Below, one piece after another: positions 11,580-24,900 of a stretch of DNA of 64,000 nt. The notes below the pieces were generated by a model. It saw nothing but the letters and a program-made list of their open reading frames with translations. It made no database searches and was not told the DNA's origin. A program made the position numbers and the translations under genes. Each line of letters opens with the position of its first letter. Within the stretch, counting starts at the first letter, position 1. This DNA comes from the human T2T-CHM13v2.0 reference genome, Homo sapiens, in the NCBI RefSeq assembly GCF_009914755.1, contig NC_060931.1, one strand, 5' to 3'.

Positions 11580-14530
11580 ATGAATTTCTGCTTTCCTACA
11601 TATATTTTTTCATATGTCATTATGTGTTTTTCAAACATAATTTTTTATAACAGCATAGAATTCCATTTTTGGACATATCATAATAGAACTATACTTCATT
11701 ACAGGATATTTACGTCATTTTCATTTTTTAAAATGTTCTTATAGATAGCATTGTGAACTTCATTTAAATAAATAATTAAATTCCTCTTGTGTATAGAAGT
11801 TCTGGCTCAAAAATATACACTCTTTAAGGGTCTTGGTATACATTTAAAAATTATTTTCCTGAAGGATTTTATCTATTTATAACTTCAGCTTTGATTTTTA
11901 TATAACATATTTAAAATATCTTTGTGAATTTGATGTGCAAAAATAGTGTTTGTTGTAATTTGCAAATGTTTGATTCCTAGCCAGTTAAGTTTCTGCCTCC
12001 CACATCTTCATGGAGTATTTATATTTATTCTGTTGTGAATTGGTTTCCCTTGCCATTTTTATCTAATTAGCTATATTCAACTAAGAGTTAATTTGACTTT
12101 TAAGGTTTCATTTAAAAATGAAATTCATTCATTTGAGGTTTATTTTATGGTCAGGGACAAGGTGATACATAGTATACTTTTTTTTCTTTTTCAAAATAGT
12201 CAAGTTCCAATATTGCTGTTGCGCCATTTCTCCCTTCCCCCATAGCTGGCTGTGCTTTGTCAGCACATGCTGAGATCTATTCTGTCTACTGGGGTCTGTG
12301 TTTTCAGTTTTCTTTTCTGACTCACTGGCTTTCCCTTTGGTTCCTGGTGGTCCATTAGCAGGACACTCTTTTCCTTACCATTCACTGATAGGAATTTTTT
12401 TTTTACAATAACTTTTTTCTTCACTATTCCCACCTATGAATTTTCCCAGTAGAAAGCTTTATAACTATGTTGTTTCATCTTTCAAAAACACATTGAGATT
12501 TTTATTAACCTTAAAATTCAATATGGAAACAATTAACATACTTCTGTTATTCAGTCTTCCCGTTAAAAATCAAATTTACTCTTTCATAATAACTTTTTGT
12601 GGTTTTCTTTATGTGATCTTAAGTATTTCTTGTTATTCTATTTTCTAGCTACTTTATGAACTTTGTTTCTAGTGTGCATGGAATCTTTTTCTTTTCATAT
12701 TTGAATATTTATGAATTCTCCATATTGAAGTTGTTGATTTTACAGCATCTGTATCCTGTTTTTTACTATTCTTCCCGGTGGAAGGTGCTTTTCTTTTTGT
12801 TGTCTTTATTTTTGGTAAGTTTTCTTAAATATTACAGTAAGTATATAAATTAGTTTATTTGTACTATATAAACATAACATATAATATAAAAATATAAATG
12901 TATCATGAATATTAGGAGACATTGTTTGATAGTGAGTAATATTGTGCTCTTCTCTTATAATTTTACCTTCTTTCTCACTCTCGGATTATTGCATTGGCAA
13001 GAATTTTCTGAACAATTTTGCATTCAAATAGGCCCAGTCTCAAGAAGATGTACGCCAGATTTGAGCTAGGCACGCCAATGTTATTTTTCCCAGATTCACC
13101 AGAGAAACTCCTCATCCTTTCCTTAGGTGGAGTGAATGAAAGAGAATCCAAATATTATATTAACTGAATTATCTTCAAATGAGAGAAAATATCAAGAGTG
13201 GGTAACAGGCTTTTTCTCAAATATTATAATAATTTTTGATATTATTCTCTTTTCTAATCTATTCATGTTATAGTTATAATATAAAATATTAAAGTGTTCT
13301 TTCTTTATTTTGATGGATTTTATTTAATTGTGGTTTATTATTTTAAATCATATGTAAGTATGCTTAATATTTTATATTATTTGTGCATATGTAATTTTTG
13401 TATAGCTTTGATATTTTAATTTATAACAACATACTGAAAAAATATTTCTTTCTATTTTTTATGTTCCATTTTTTTATGTTCCAGTTCACCTTTCATATCA
13501 ATAAACTTGTCTCTTAAAAATGTTAAAGGCTTTGCTTATGTATCCAACTGGGCTTAGTTTTTTTTAGTGAATTTATTGATAACTTTTAACATACTTACAT
13601 TGTTCTCCATCTATTCAAATTTTAAACTCTTGAACCAGAAAATCAACAATTTAATATTTTCAAAATGAATAGTTTAAAACATGAAAACACTTTATCTGGG
13701 TCTCATATTCTCTAAATCTTGTTCTATCCATTGTTTAATTCCTAATTTTGCTCCTTTTTTCTTTGTTAAATTTGATAAATTGCTACTTTATTTTTCAAAG
13801 ACACTTCTTGTATATACTCATTATTAGTCATTATATGTTTTTAATTAGTTTCTATCTTTATCTTTACTTGATTTACTTATTGTTTTCCTAAGAGATTTTC
13901 ATTGTTATTGTTGTGCTTCTGGGGTTGAAAGCTTAACTCATTTATTAAATTTACATTGAAGAAAGAAAGTTTTTGACCATGAATTTGACCTAACTATAAT
14001 TTGGCTACTTATTATACCTTTTGATATTTCATATTCTGTTATTATTTCCTACATAGACTATAATTACAGTTCTAATGTAATTCACCACATTTTTATTTAG
14101 CATTTCTTTTCAAACTTTGAAATATTTGTCACCTTTTATGGTTTTCAAAATATCTTTAAATTAATTCTAGTTGCATTGGATTGCTTGAAAGAATGTGGCT
14201 GCTATAATGTCACCATTTTGGGATTCATCTGGAATTTTTATGCAAAGTAATGTATGAATAATTTTTATAATATTTTGTTAATTCTTACAAAATATTATTT
14301 TTTATTGCTTACCATGGCTTAATATAGCTATTACTACTCCTGCTTAATGATAATATACATCTTTATGACTTTATATTTTGGTCTTTTTTGTTAAAGTCTG
14401 TTAGAGCTCTAATAAGTTTGTTTAAAAAATACAATATTTTAAACTTATATATTTCTAGCAGTTTTCCTATGTATTTTATGGTAGTATTCAACACACAAGC
14501 AATGTATGGCCTATCTTATATTCATAACTT
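11580..14530 (-). mobile_element. Highly degenerate ancient L1 (L1ME/L1M5/HAL1-like) fragments
   Basis: Strong T-skew with remnants such as ttataacagcatagaattccatt, attattgcattggcaagaat, gatttttattaaccttaaaatt; boundaries uncertain. Confidence 0.5.
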
Positions 14531-14619
14531 ATTTGGTTTATTTTGAAATAGTCTTGAATACAAAAGTTGCAAGTACAACTTGCAAATAATAAATTAAATA
14601 AGTTATGAAATAATCAAAA

Positions 14620-15175
14620 TTTGGCTTATTTTGAAACAATCTTGAACACAGAAGTTGCAAGTACAGTACAAATAACTTTTTTCTTCCTGAATCATTTGAG
14701 AGTATTTTGTTGATACGATGCCTCATCACTCCCGTATTCTTTAGTGTGTATTTCCTCCCAAAACGCCATTTGCCCACTATAGCCACAATAAAACCTTCAG
14801 AATCATGGAATTAACATTGCTGTATTACTATCACCTAATGTTCAGAACCCATTAAAATTTTATCAGATGTTAAAATAATGTTTTTTAAATAACAAAAGAT
14901 CAAACTCAGTTTCACATAACACATTTTCTTTTTTATATTTTTAGTTTCTTTGAATATCAAAGAGTTCCTGTCTTTTCTTGACTTCAAGACATCAACATTC
15001 AACAAAATTATAGGCCAGTTATTTGGGGCTTTGTCTGATGTTTTCACATAATTATATTCAGGTTTTGTATCTTTGGCAGGAGAATCACAGAAAAGTGCAG
15101 TTTTGCTCTTGCTGCGTTCTGTTAGGTGACACATGAATTCAATTTGTTCTATTATCAGTGATTATCTTTGATAAT
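14620..15175 (-). mobile_element. L1MC4-like 3' end
   Basis: agaagttgcaagtacagtacaaataact, tttagtgtgtatttcct, tttggcaggagaatcacagaa. Confidence 0.7.
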
Positions 15176-15179
15176 CTCT

Positions 15180-15433
15180 ACATGAAGATGGAGGCAGAGA
15201 TCAGAGTGATGAAGCTACTGGCAAAGGAATGCCAAGGATTACCGGCAACAACGGAAGCCAGAGAGAGGCAGGGAACGTATTCTCCCTCTGGAACAGAGGT
15301 TCCAGAAGGCACTGACCCATTGACAATTTAATTTCAGACTTGTAGCCTCCTGAACTGTAAGAGAAAAAACTTCTGTTGTTTTAAGCCCCCAGATTTGTCA
15401 TTTTTTGCTATGACAGCCCTAGGAAATAAATAC
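15180..15433 (+). mobile_element. MLT1C-like LTR, 3' half
   Basis: gaagatggaggcagagat, ggaatgccaaggatt, ttctgttgttttaagcc, cagccctaggaaataaataca. Confidence 0.85.
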
Positions 15434-15437
15434 AGAA

Positions 15438-15487
15438 GGCAAAGAGGTTAGGAAAAGGGCAAAGAGGTTAGGAAAAGGGAAAAGAGG
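15438..15487. repeat. 20-bp tandem repeat (about 2.4 copies)
   Basis: ggcaaagaggttaggaaaag x2 plus a partial copy. Confidence 0.85.
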
Positions 15488-15662
15488 AAGCTGATGTAAT
15501 TATTGTAACTACCAAATATTTCTGTTGTTTCCATTGTTATTTTTTAAACAGCTTAATTGAAGTATAATTTGCATACAACAAGATTCACTCATTTTCAGTG
15601 TGCAGTTCAACGAGTTTTGCAAATGTGTGCAGTCACGTAACCACAACCACAGTCAAATGATA

Positions 15663-15850
15663 CAGCACCATATTGTCCCATGTGCATATTGAAAGTTAAT
15701 TAAAACTAGTTAAAATTAAAAATTCATTTTCTTATTTTAACTAGTTACATTTCAAATGCTCAATAGCCATTATATGTGACTAGTAGCTCCCAGATAGGAC
15801 AGAGAAGATTATGGAATATGTCCATCAAAATGTTCTATTGGACAGTGCTG
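15663..15850. mobile_element. MER3/MER33-like hAT-Charlie MITE
   Basis: Ends cagcac...gtgctg; core acatttcaaatgctcaatagcca, ttctattggacagtgctg. Confidence 0.75.
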
Positions 15851-16236
15851 AAACAGAATATTTTCATCAACCCTCGAATGTTCTACTGTTCCGTTTTGCA
15901 GTCAATTCCCTACCCTCACCCCTAGCCTCAGGTAATCACTGATCTTCATTCTGTCACTATATTTTGGCCTTTTCTGGAATTACACACAAACAGACTCATA
16001 CCTCAGGTACTCCTTTATGTCTGGCTTCTTTTGATAAGCATGATATCATGGAGATTCTCCATGTTGTTCTGTATTTAGTAGTCTGTTTCTGTTTTTTGTT
16101 GGGTAGTATTCCACTGAATGGATATGTCACAATTTATCTATTCATTAGATTTAAAATATCTGTGCTATTTCCAGGTTTGACTTTTAAGAATAATGCTGAT
16201 ACAAATATTTGCTTGTCAGTTTCCGAGTGGTATATG

Positions 16237-16820
16237 TTGCATTCATTTTAGATTGCTTTATAACAAATTGCCACAAATGTATAAGTTGTAAAAAGCACTC
16301 ACTTATTATTTCACAAATTCTCTAGGTCAGGAATCCTGGCATGACTTAGCTGGGGGTCCCATGCTACGCTATAATCAAGGTGATGGCCAAAACTGGGTAC
16401 TCATTACTATGCCCAACTTGGGAAGAATCTGTTTCCAAGCTTACTCAAGGAGTAGCAGTATTTCTTTGCAGTTTTGAAACTGAGGGCCCTGACTTCTTGC
16501 TGTTCAATAACAAAAGGCTGCCTTTAGATCCTAAGGAGCTGAACCTGAAGTTCCTTGCTGCATAATATGCTTCTCCAAAATGGCCATTTACTTCATCACG
16601 CCAGCAAGGAGAGCCTCTAGCATGAGTAGGGTAGAAATAGGGTGGAGTCTTAGATAATGTTACACAATCACAAGTGATTGACATCCTGTCACCTTTGCCA
16701 TGTCCCATTGGTTAGAAGCCAGTCATGGGCTCTGCCTTCACTTAAGGAAAGAGTTCTATAAATACGTGAATTCCAGGGGTGAAGTTCATGGAGCAGACAT
16801 TGTGGATTCTGTCTGCCTCA
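16237..16820 (-). mobile_element. MLT1F-like solo LTR
   Basis: ataacaaattgccacaaat, ggtcaggaatc, cacctttgccatgtcccattggttagaag. Confidence 0.8.
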
Positions 16821-16983
16821 TGTGTTTTCATTTTTCTTGATACCTATAAGTGCAATTACTGGGTCACATGGCAGGTATATGTATAATTTTATAAGAAAGT
16901 GCCAAATTGTTTTCCAAGACGGCCATATTATTTTGCATTCTTGTGAACAAGGTTCTATTGCTTTTAATTCATATGTGTTTTTA

Positions 16984-17288
16984 TTTTTTTTTAATTTTTG
17001 TTGTTTGAGATGGAATCTGGCTCTTTCAGTCAGGCTGGAGTCCAGTGATGCGATCTCGGCTCACTGCAACCTCCACCTCCTGAGTTCAAGCCATTCTCCT
17101 GCCTCAGTCTCCCAAGTAAGTGGGATTATAGACGCGTGCCACCATGCCCAGCTAATTTTTGTATTTTTAGTAGTGACGGGGTTTCGCCATATTGGCCAGG
17201 CTGGGTTTGAACTCCTGACCTCAAGTGATCCGCCTGCTTTGGCGCCCCAAATTGCTGGGATTACAGGCATGAGCCACCGCATCTGGCC
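16984..17288 (-). mobile_element. Alu (S-type) with 12-bp TSD
   Basis: Full reverse Alu; TSD atatgtgttttt at 16971-16982 and 17291-17302. Confidence 0.97.
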
Positions 17289-17399
17289 CTATATGTGTTT
17301 TTTAAAGCAATAAATACATTTTGCTAACCCAGAGAATCTTTCTCTTGTCTTAAAAGAGTAATTTACTCTGTTTGAGTCCTTATATTTTTCACAAATAAA

Positions 17400-17750
17400 A
17401 AAATGAAAATCAATTTGGGTAGAGACGTGGAGGCAAAGCCATGTAGGGCTAAGTTCATGAGAGAACACAGGAGACAGAAATGTTAGTAGCAGGAACAGAC
17501 AACACTCTCTGAGGATTTTGTATAAGAAAGCAGAAAAATGGTGCTGTGGCAGGGGTCACATTTTGTTATGTTCAGTAGACGGGAGATTTTATAACATGTT
17601 TGTCCACTGATATGAATAATCCAATAAAGAGAAGATGATGAGGGGCAGATGATCGTGCAGGAGGAAGAGCTCATGCATTGCCACAGGAAGAAATGCAATG
17701 TATATCCCTTCAAATGCAGATAGCTTAGCAGAGTTTTGTGGTGGAAAGAT
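17400..17750 (-). mobile_element. L2 fragment
   Basis: Purine-rich L2-like motifs gggagattttataacatgtttgt, tgatatgaataatccaataaagag. Confidence 0.5.
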
Positions 17751-17754
17751 GTGT

Positions 17755-17836
17755 TCACACAGCTAGTGTGTGGCCGAGCCAGGATGCAAATGCAGGCCCT
17801 CTAGCTCCTGAGTCCATGCTCCAAACTACTTCACTG
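17755..17836 (-). mobile_element. MIR fragment
   Basis: cacacagctagtg...gagccaggatgcaaatgcagg...gagtccatgctc. Confidence 0.7.
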
Positions 17837-18049
17837 TTTTGCCAACTATACATTTCCACAGCTATGCATCTCTTAACTTAAATTGTTAAATAACAGAAAC
17901 ACTGCAATATAACAAATTAATTCTGCCAAAGGCTTTGTTTCCTTTAATAGGAAAAACAGACTTTAAGAACAATAGACTCAATTATTTTACTTTTCAACCT
18001 TTTGGGTGAATTCAATTTTATGAACTGTGAAGGTTTTTTTATGTTTTTA

Positions 18050-18700
18050 AAAAAGCCTCTTGACAATCCTTCCCCTACAAACTTCTACCCTATTCGTCCT
18101 CCTCCATCAAAGACATATTTTTTGCAATTGTATTTAACAGTCATGGCCTCACTTTTCATTCACTCATCAGTTCACTGCATTATGGATTTATGGGCTTAGA
18201 ATCCGCTTCTCCTCTTATACTCATCTCTAAAACATTACTGAGATTTTTAAAAGGTCAGCCCTCTCGGGTTCATCCTTGTTTCACCTCTCTTCAGCTCTTG
18301 ACTTTGTTGAAAATATGTTCTTTCTGAAGATATCTTTTATCTTAGATTATATCACACAACTTACTCTTGCTTCTGTTTCCACTTTCTTCTTGATAAATTA
18401 AAGATTTGTACGTCACGGGCTTTTTGTACTTAGCCCTAGAGATTTAAATGTGACATACACACCAAAACTTCTAACTCCACAACTCCAATGTCAGCATTTC
18501 CTCTGGTATAGTCACATAGATCAAACTGCCTAATCTTTTAGCTGTTTTTCATAAGACCTCAAAGTTTGCATGTGAAAATCTAAATCACTATCTCCCATCT
18601 TCAACAACAAAAGGTATATAGCCACAGCCTGTACCCAGACCCTTATGACCTCTGGCATTTGTGCAATAATATCCTGTATTCACTGCTTTAACACTTTTCC
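18050..18700 (+). mobile_element. L2 fragment
   Basis: Pyrimidine-rich L2-like motifs gacctcaaagtttgcatgtgaaaatctaaatcac, ctcttgactttgttga. Confidence 0.5.
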
Positions 18701-19279
18701 TATAAAAACAAAAAATGCAAATTTACTACATTGAAAATTTCATTGACAAATTGAGTGATATAACATTGAGTGACATTAAAGTTATTGTGAAAATGTGGTA
18801 GGATTTTTACTAATTATGGCTGATTGGATAGAAATGAAATATCCACTCAGTGGTCCATTCATATTTTTTGTCTAGAATAGAGAAAACCTGGCCATAGAAA
18901 TGTACTTTTTATCATCTCTGGGCCACTGTCTGACTCTTAAATAAGAAAAAGAAAAAAGGACTGTTCGAAATAGAAAACTTGGCAGCCTTTCTTCTATTGC
19001 ATGATGAAGGTTTCTGTGGGTAGTTAGAGGGCTGTTCATCATCTGTGCATCTCTCTCTCTTTCCAGAAAACGAGTGTGCGAGAAGTATGTTGTAATTGAA
19101 GTAGCATACTGCCTGACACCCAAGAGGTTGCTCTGTAAGTGGTGAGTTTTGAGGAAACAAGAGTTTCATGTATTGTATCTTTTGTGGTGTCAAAGCACTA
19201 GGAAACGTGTAGAAAATGATCTCAAGTAGTAAATGAAAGCTTTCCAGACATTAGGAATTAAAATAGAAACTATTTACAT

Positions 19280-20620
19280 GTATGCTTTTATATATCTAAA
19301 AGAGGGATCCAGAAAGCACCACCTTGGCAGTAAGGAAAATCCAAAGACACAACAGAAAAAGAAAAAGAGCAAAGAAGAATGCTCCCAAACAAAGAAGTTA
19401 AAGTATCATCAAACATCAGAGAAAAAGCAATCCCCAGGAAATAATGATCTCAGGGTTCAAAAGAAAGCTTAGAAAAGTTGTTGATTGTTACCAATGAAAA
19501 ACAATGAAGCTTTTTATTAAATAGTGGCAGAAATTCTCAAGGCTGAGAAAAATGGACAAGAGCATGAGAAATAAAGTTATGCAAGGTAAATAAAGAAGAA
19601 TAACAATAAAGAAACAATAAATAAGAATGACAAGGAAAATAAAATCATAATGACAGAATTTAAAAATCTGTATCAGAGACATACAAATTAGAATTGACAT
19701 GGAGAGTAACAGGATGAGATCTGAGGAGCTGTTCTAGAACGCAGAAGAAAAGTTCAAAAGATAAAATTTATGATCTGGCTGGACACAGTGGCTCACGCCT
19801 GTAATCCCAACACTTTGGGAGGCCTAGGCAGCGGATAACATGAGGCCAGGAGTTCAAGACCAGCCTGGCCAACATGGTGAAACCCCAACTCCACTGAAAA
19901 TACAAAACTTACCCAGGCATGGTGGTGCACATCTGTAACCCCAGCTGCTCAGGAGTCTGAGGCATTAGAATCACTTGAACCCAGGAGATAGAGGTTGCAG
20001 TGAGCTAACATGTTGCCACTGCACTCCAGCCTTGGTGACAGAGTGAGACTCTCTCTCAAAAAAAAAAAAAAAAAGAAAGAGGGAAAACATAAGATATGAG
20101 AAAAACGGAAAATGAAAATACAACTTCAGCATTATAGATTGGTTTAAAGTAGACTTTTTGAGCAATAGGGAAAGAACAACAAAATATAATTCAAATACAT
20201 TTTTCTGAAGTAAAAATATATCAAAAATATTGAGAACATTCGAGACAATCTCATCAAAAGCATCCTGGCACATCTCATATTAAACATTAAATTCTAAGGT
20301 TAAATAAAATCAGAATTATCCATCAAACACATCTTTTCCCCAAATACATATCTTAAGTCAGTGGAGATGCATGTAAATACATCTTAATGCTTGTATTTTT
20401 AAGTTTGTATCTTAAGAATTTTATATCTACTAAGTTGTCTTTTATGAGTAAAGAAAACAGACACCTTTGATATGTAGACTGTAAAGTATACCACCTACAT
20501 GCTACTTTTAAAAGATTTTTTAAGACTTGCCTTCAAAATGTGATTCCAGTCACATAACACAAAAATATCTTAAAAAGTGGATACGTCAATTTAAAAAATA
20601 TTTTGTACTGAGACTATTGC
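19280..20620 (+). mobile_element. Degenerate HAL1/L1 ORF1-like fragment interrupted by Alu
   Basis: A-skewed; aagaattttatatctactaagttgtctttt resembles the end of L1 ORF1. Confidence 0.45.
19777..20073 (+). mobile_element. Alu, full length (diverged S/J-type)
   Basis: ggctggacacagtggctcacgcctgtaatccc ... poly(A). Confidence 0.96.
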
Positions 20621-21118
20621 TGGAAAAGTTAACAGCAAAACCATCTAGCTAGCTAGCTAGATGGATAATAAACAAACAAAGAACAATAAGCAGACAGTAA
20701 TAGGAAATTCTGAAAACTATAAAGCATGAACAAAACGACAGAAGAGACGTTAGATATAATTTTTGTGGCTCTTTTACTCTACCTCCTTACCGCCCTTAAA
20801 AGGTCTGTATAAGAAACCCAGAGAGCTTGTGGTGCTTCTGTCAATACACTCTATTTTTTTCCCAATACTACCAGACCCCCATTGCTAACTTGCTGAAAGA
20901 TCAACCCTGTAAGCTTATAATTTGTATTTATATCCACATTCCCTATAGAAACTACCAGGACTAACAATAATCATACCTTAGATTCCTATTCTCCTTAGCC
21001 ACCACATGCAACACAAGCTTTCCGGGTTATCCCTGTGTTAGAAAAGTCATAACTGTGAGGGCAAAATGTTGACCTCATAAGCTCCAAGAAGGTTCAATCC
21101 TTCCATTGTCATTGTATT

Positions 21119-21890
21119 TAGTGGCTCTTGACCTTATTAGGCCCAATGTCCTGCTCATATAACAAATATTTTGTAGTGCTTTACTCTCCTAAAATAAAAC
21201 TTATGGACAATATAATGAACATGCATGAATAATTTTTAAAATTGTACAAGAATAATAAAATAGAAAAATATAGAAGCAATTATTTATTACAAAATGATAT
21301 ATGTGTGTATGTTAGTGTTCAGGCATGACAACACAAGAAGAGACAACAAAGCAGTTAGACTCTTATGATATACAAAATTAACAGAATGTGATGGCTACGA
21401 AGACAGAGTGAGAGAGTAAACATTTCATTAGTGACTCAAATATAGATTGGTGGTGTGGTTCGTAATGTGGTTTTCCAACACATTGAATAACACCTAATAA
21501 AGTTTCAAACAAAATACCAAAAATCTTCCTTCAAGTTGGAAAGAGTTCCTGTTCTTAGAAAATTTACTATTAATTAAAGTCATGTAGAAAATCTTTGCGT
21601 TATATGTTAAACAAAGATATATTGTAAGTGGCCAAAATTCTGAGCAGGTTTTACATATATGTTAAAGCTCAGTGGGATATTTTAAGGTTGTGTATAGGTG
21701 CTGGTGTGTGATAATCTTTTTATATCTATTTATTTATTTTAAATACTATGATGTGCTATTCATTATTTAGCACCTTTGGCATTCTCCCATTAATTAAGTG
21801 TTGCTTCCCTAATCATTGTGACAACCAAAAAACATAAATTTCCACAATACCCCCTAGGAACAAAGTACTACTTTTGCTGAGAAACTTTCA
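21119..21890. mobile_element. hAT-Charlie (Charlie4-like) DNA transposon remnant
   Basis: Terminal part tcattgtgacaaccaaaaa...ccccctagg...tgagaaact resembles Charlie4/MER20-family ends. Confidence 0.5.
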
Positions 21891-21929
21891 TTTAGAATTA
21901 GCCTGAGAAGTGTATTAAAACCAGGAAGG

Positions 21930-24900
21930 GGAGTGGAGGTGGAGCCAAATGGTTAAATAGAAGCTTTCACTGATCGTCTACCTCTCAAAAACACCAAATT
22001 GAGCAACCACACACAAAAACATTTTCACAAGAACAAAACACTGGGTGAGTGATCACAGTACTTGGTTTTCACTGCACATCACTGAAAGCTGCACTGAAGC
22101 GGGTAGGAAACACAGTCATGAACTGCTGACACCATACCTCCCCACCCCCAGCAGAGGCTGTGTGGCCTGGAGAGATAATCTGTGCACTTTGGGGAGTGAG
22201 ACCACAGTGATCATGGGACCTTGCATTGGGACTTAGTGTTGCTTTTCTGTCATAACAGCAAGATACACTGGGCAGAACTCAGATGGTAGCCAGAAGGGAG
22301 CATTCAGACCATCCCTAGCCAGATGGGAATTGCCCATCCCAGCAGTCAGAACCTAAGTTCCAGGAAGCCTCAGCACCACAGGTCAAACAGCTCTGGAGTT
22401 CTAAATAAGCTTAAAAGGCAGTATAAGCCACAAAGACTGCAATTCCTGGGCAAATCCTGGTGCTGTGCTGAGCTCAGAGCCAATGGACTTGGAGGAACAC
22501 ACGACCTAATGAGACACCAGCTGCGACAGCCACTCCTTCCCCAGCCACAGGCAGCACAGCCATGGCACTGAGAGACACTTCTCTCCACCTGGGAAGAGGA
22601 GAGAGGAGGGTAAAGAGGACTTTGTCTTGCAACTGGGATACCAGCTCAGCCATAGTAGAATAGGGTACTAGACAGAGTCCAGAGGTCCAACTCCTTTACA
22701 ACATTTCTAGATACACCATGGGCCAGAAGGGCACCCACTGTCTTGAAAGGATGGACCTAATTTCGGCAGGATTCATTATCTGCTGACTAATGAACCCTTG
22801 GGTCCTTAATAATCAGTGTGGGTACCTAGGCAGTTCTTGCTGTGGGTCTTGGGTGAGACTCATAAACATACTGGCTTCAAGTGTGATGAAGCATATTCCC
22901 AACTGTGGTGGCTTCCACCCAACTGTGGTGGCTGTAAGATGGACTCCTTTTGCTTGAGAAAAGGAGAAGGAAGCATAAAGATGACTTTATCTTGCAGCTT
23001 AGGTACCAGTTCAGACACAGTGGAGTAGAGCACAAAGTAGGCTCTTGGGGTCACAAATTCAAGGCCATCGTTCTTAGATGTCATTGCTGGACCTGCCCTG
23101 GGCCAGAGTGAAGTCCATTTCCCTGAAGTAACAGTCCCAAGCCTGGCAGCATTCACCAGAAGCTAACTAAAGAGCCCTTGGACCTTGAATAAGCATCAGC
23201 AGCATCCAGGCAGTATTTGCCATGGGCCTGAGGTAGTGGTGCTTATAAGGGAAGATGCCTCTGCTTGTGGAAAGTGGAGGAAGGGAACCGGGGGAAAGCA
23301 CTTTATCTTGTCACTTGAGTGCCAGCTAGGCCACAGTAGAATAGAGCACAAAGTAGATTCCTAAGTTTTCTTCCTCCTAGCTCTGGCTCCTGGACAGCAT
23401 CTCTGGATGAACCTGGGATTGAAGGGAACTTGAAGCCTGCAGGGAAGGACACAAGGCTGGCTGGCTTCACCACCTGCTGATTGTAGAGCCCCAGAGCCTT
23501 GAGTGAACATAGAGGGTAGCCAGGTAGTGGTTACAACAGGGCATGGGGGACATCCAGTGCTGTGCTGGCTTCAGGTTTGACACAGTGTAGTCATAGTGGT
23601 AGTGGCCACAAGGGAGCTTGTGTCACCCCTTCCCCACCTTCAGGCAGCTCAACACAGGGACAGAGACTCCATTTGGGGGTGAAAGTAAGGGAAGAGAACA
23701 AGAGTCTCTGACTGGTAATCCAGATAGTTCTTCCATATCTTATCTAAGACCACCATGGGCAATACTTCTATGAGTCTGCAAGAGCCACAGTGTAACTGGA
23801 CTTGGGGTGTCCACTAGTGTGGATATGGCTGCAGTGACCAAAAACTTAGATCACAACACTCAAGTCCTTCAAATACCGGGAAATTCTTCCTGATAAAGAT
23901 GTGTACAAACAAGCCCAGTGTGCAAAGACTACAATAAATACTTAACTTCTCAATGCCCAGCCACCAATGAACATTTGCAAACATCAAGACCATCCAGGAA
24001 AACAAGACCTGACCAAAAAAAGTGAATAAAACACCAGTGACTAGTCCAGGAGAGACAGAGATATGTGACTGTTCAGACAAAAAATTCAAAATAGCTATTT
24101 TGAGGAAACTTATTCAAATTCAAGATAACACAGTTAGAAAGAAATCAGAATCCTATTGGAAAAGTTTAACAAGAGATTGAAATAATTGAAAAAAATCAAA
24201 CAGAAATTATGGAGTTGAAAAGTGCAACTGACTTAATAAAGAATAATACATCAGAGTCTCAACATCAGAACTGATGAAGCAGAGGAAAGAATCAGTGAGC
24301 CTGAAGACAGGATATTTGAAAATATATAGTCAGAGGAGACAAAATAAAAAAATAATAAAGGATGCCTATAAGATATAGAAAACAGCCTCAAAAGGACAAA
24401 TCTAAAAGGTATTTGCCTTAAAGAGGAGATAGAGAGACAGATGGGAGAGAAAGTTTATTCAAAGAGATAATAACAGAGAAATGTACAAACCTAAAGAAGG
24501 ATATTAATATTTAAGTACAAGAAGGTTATAGAACACCAAGTGGATTTAATCCAGATAAGACTACCTCAAGACATTAAATGATCTCTCAAAATTCAAGGAC
24601 AAAGAAAGAATCCTAAAAGCAGCAAGAGAAAATAAATAAATTACACCAAATGGAGCTCCAATATGTCTGACGGTAGACTTCTCAGCAGTAACCTTACAGG
24701 TCAGGAGAGAATGGCATGACATATTTAAAGTGCTGAAGGAAAAAAAAAGAAAAACGTTTACCCTAGAATAGCATATCCAGCAAAAATATCCTTCAAACAT
24801 AAAGAAAAAAATAAATATTTTTCTAGACAAACAAAAGCTGACGGATTTTATCAACACCAGAACTGTCCTACAAGAAATGCTAAAGGGACCACTTCAATCT

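Larger units (their letters stand above)
15540..16950 (-). mobile_element. L1MB-type 3' end, split by a MER3/33-like element and MLT1F
   Basis: cagcttaattgaagtataattt, gtaaccacaaccacagtcaa, ctgggtcacatggcaggtatatgtataattttataaga. Confidence 0.8.

Noticed and set aside
16822-17313. 163-aa ORF, the longest in the window
   Set aside because: Antisense L1 plus antisense Alu translation
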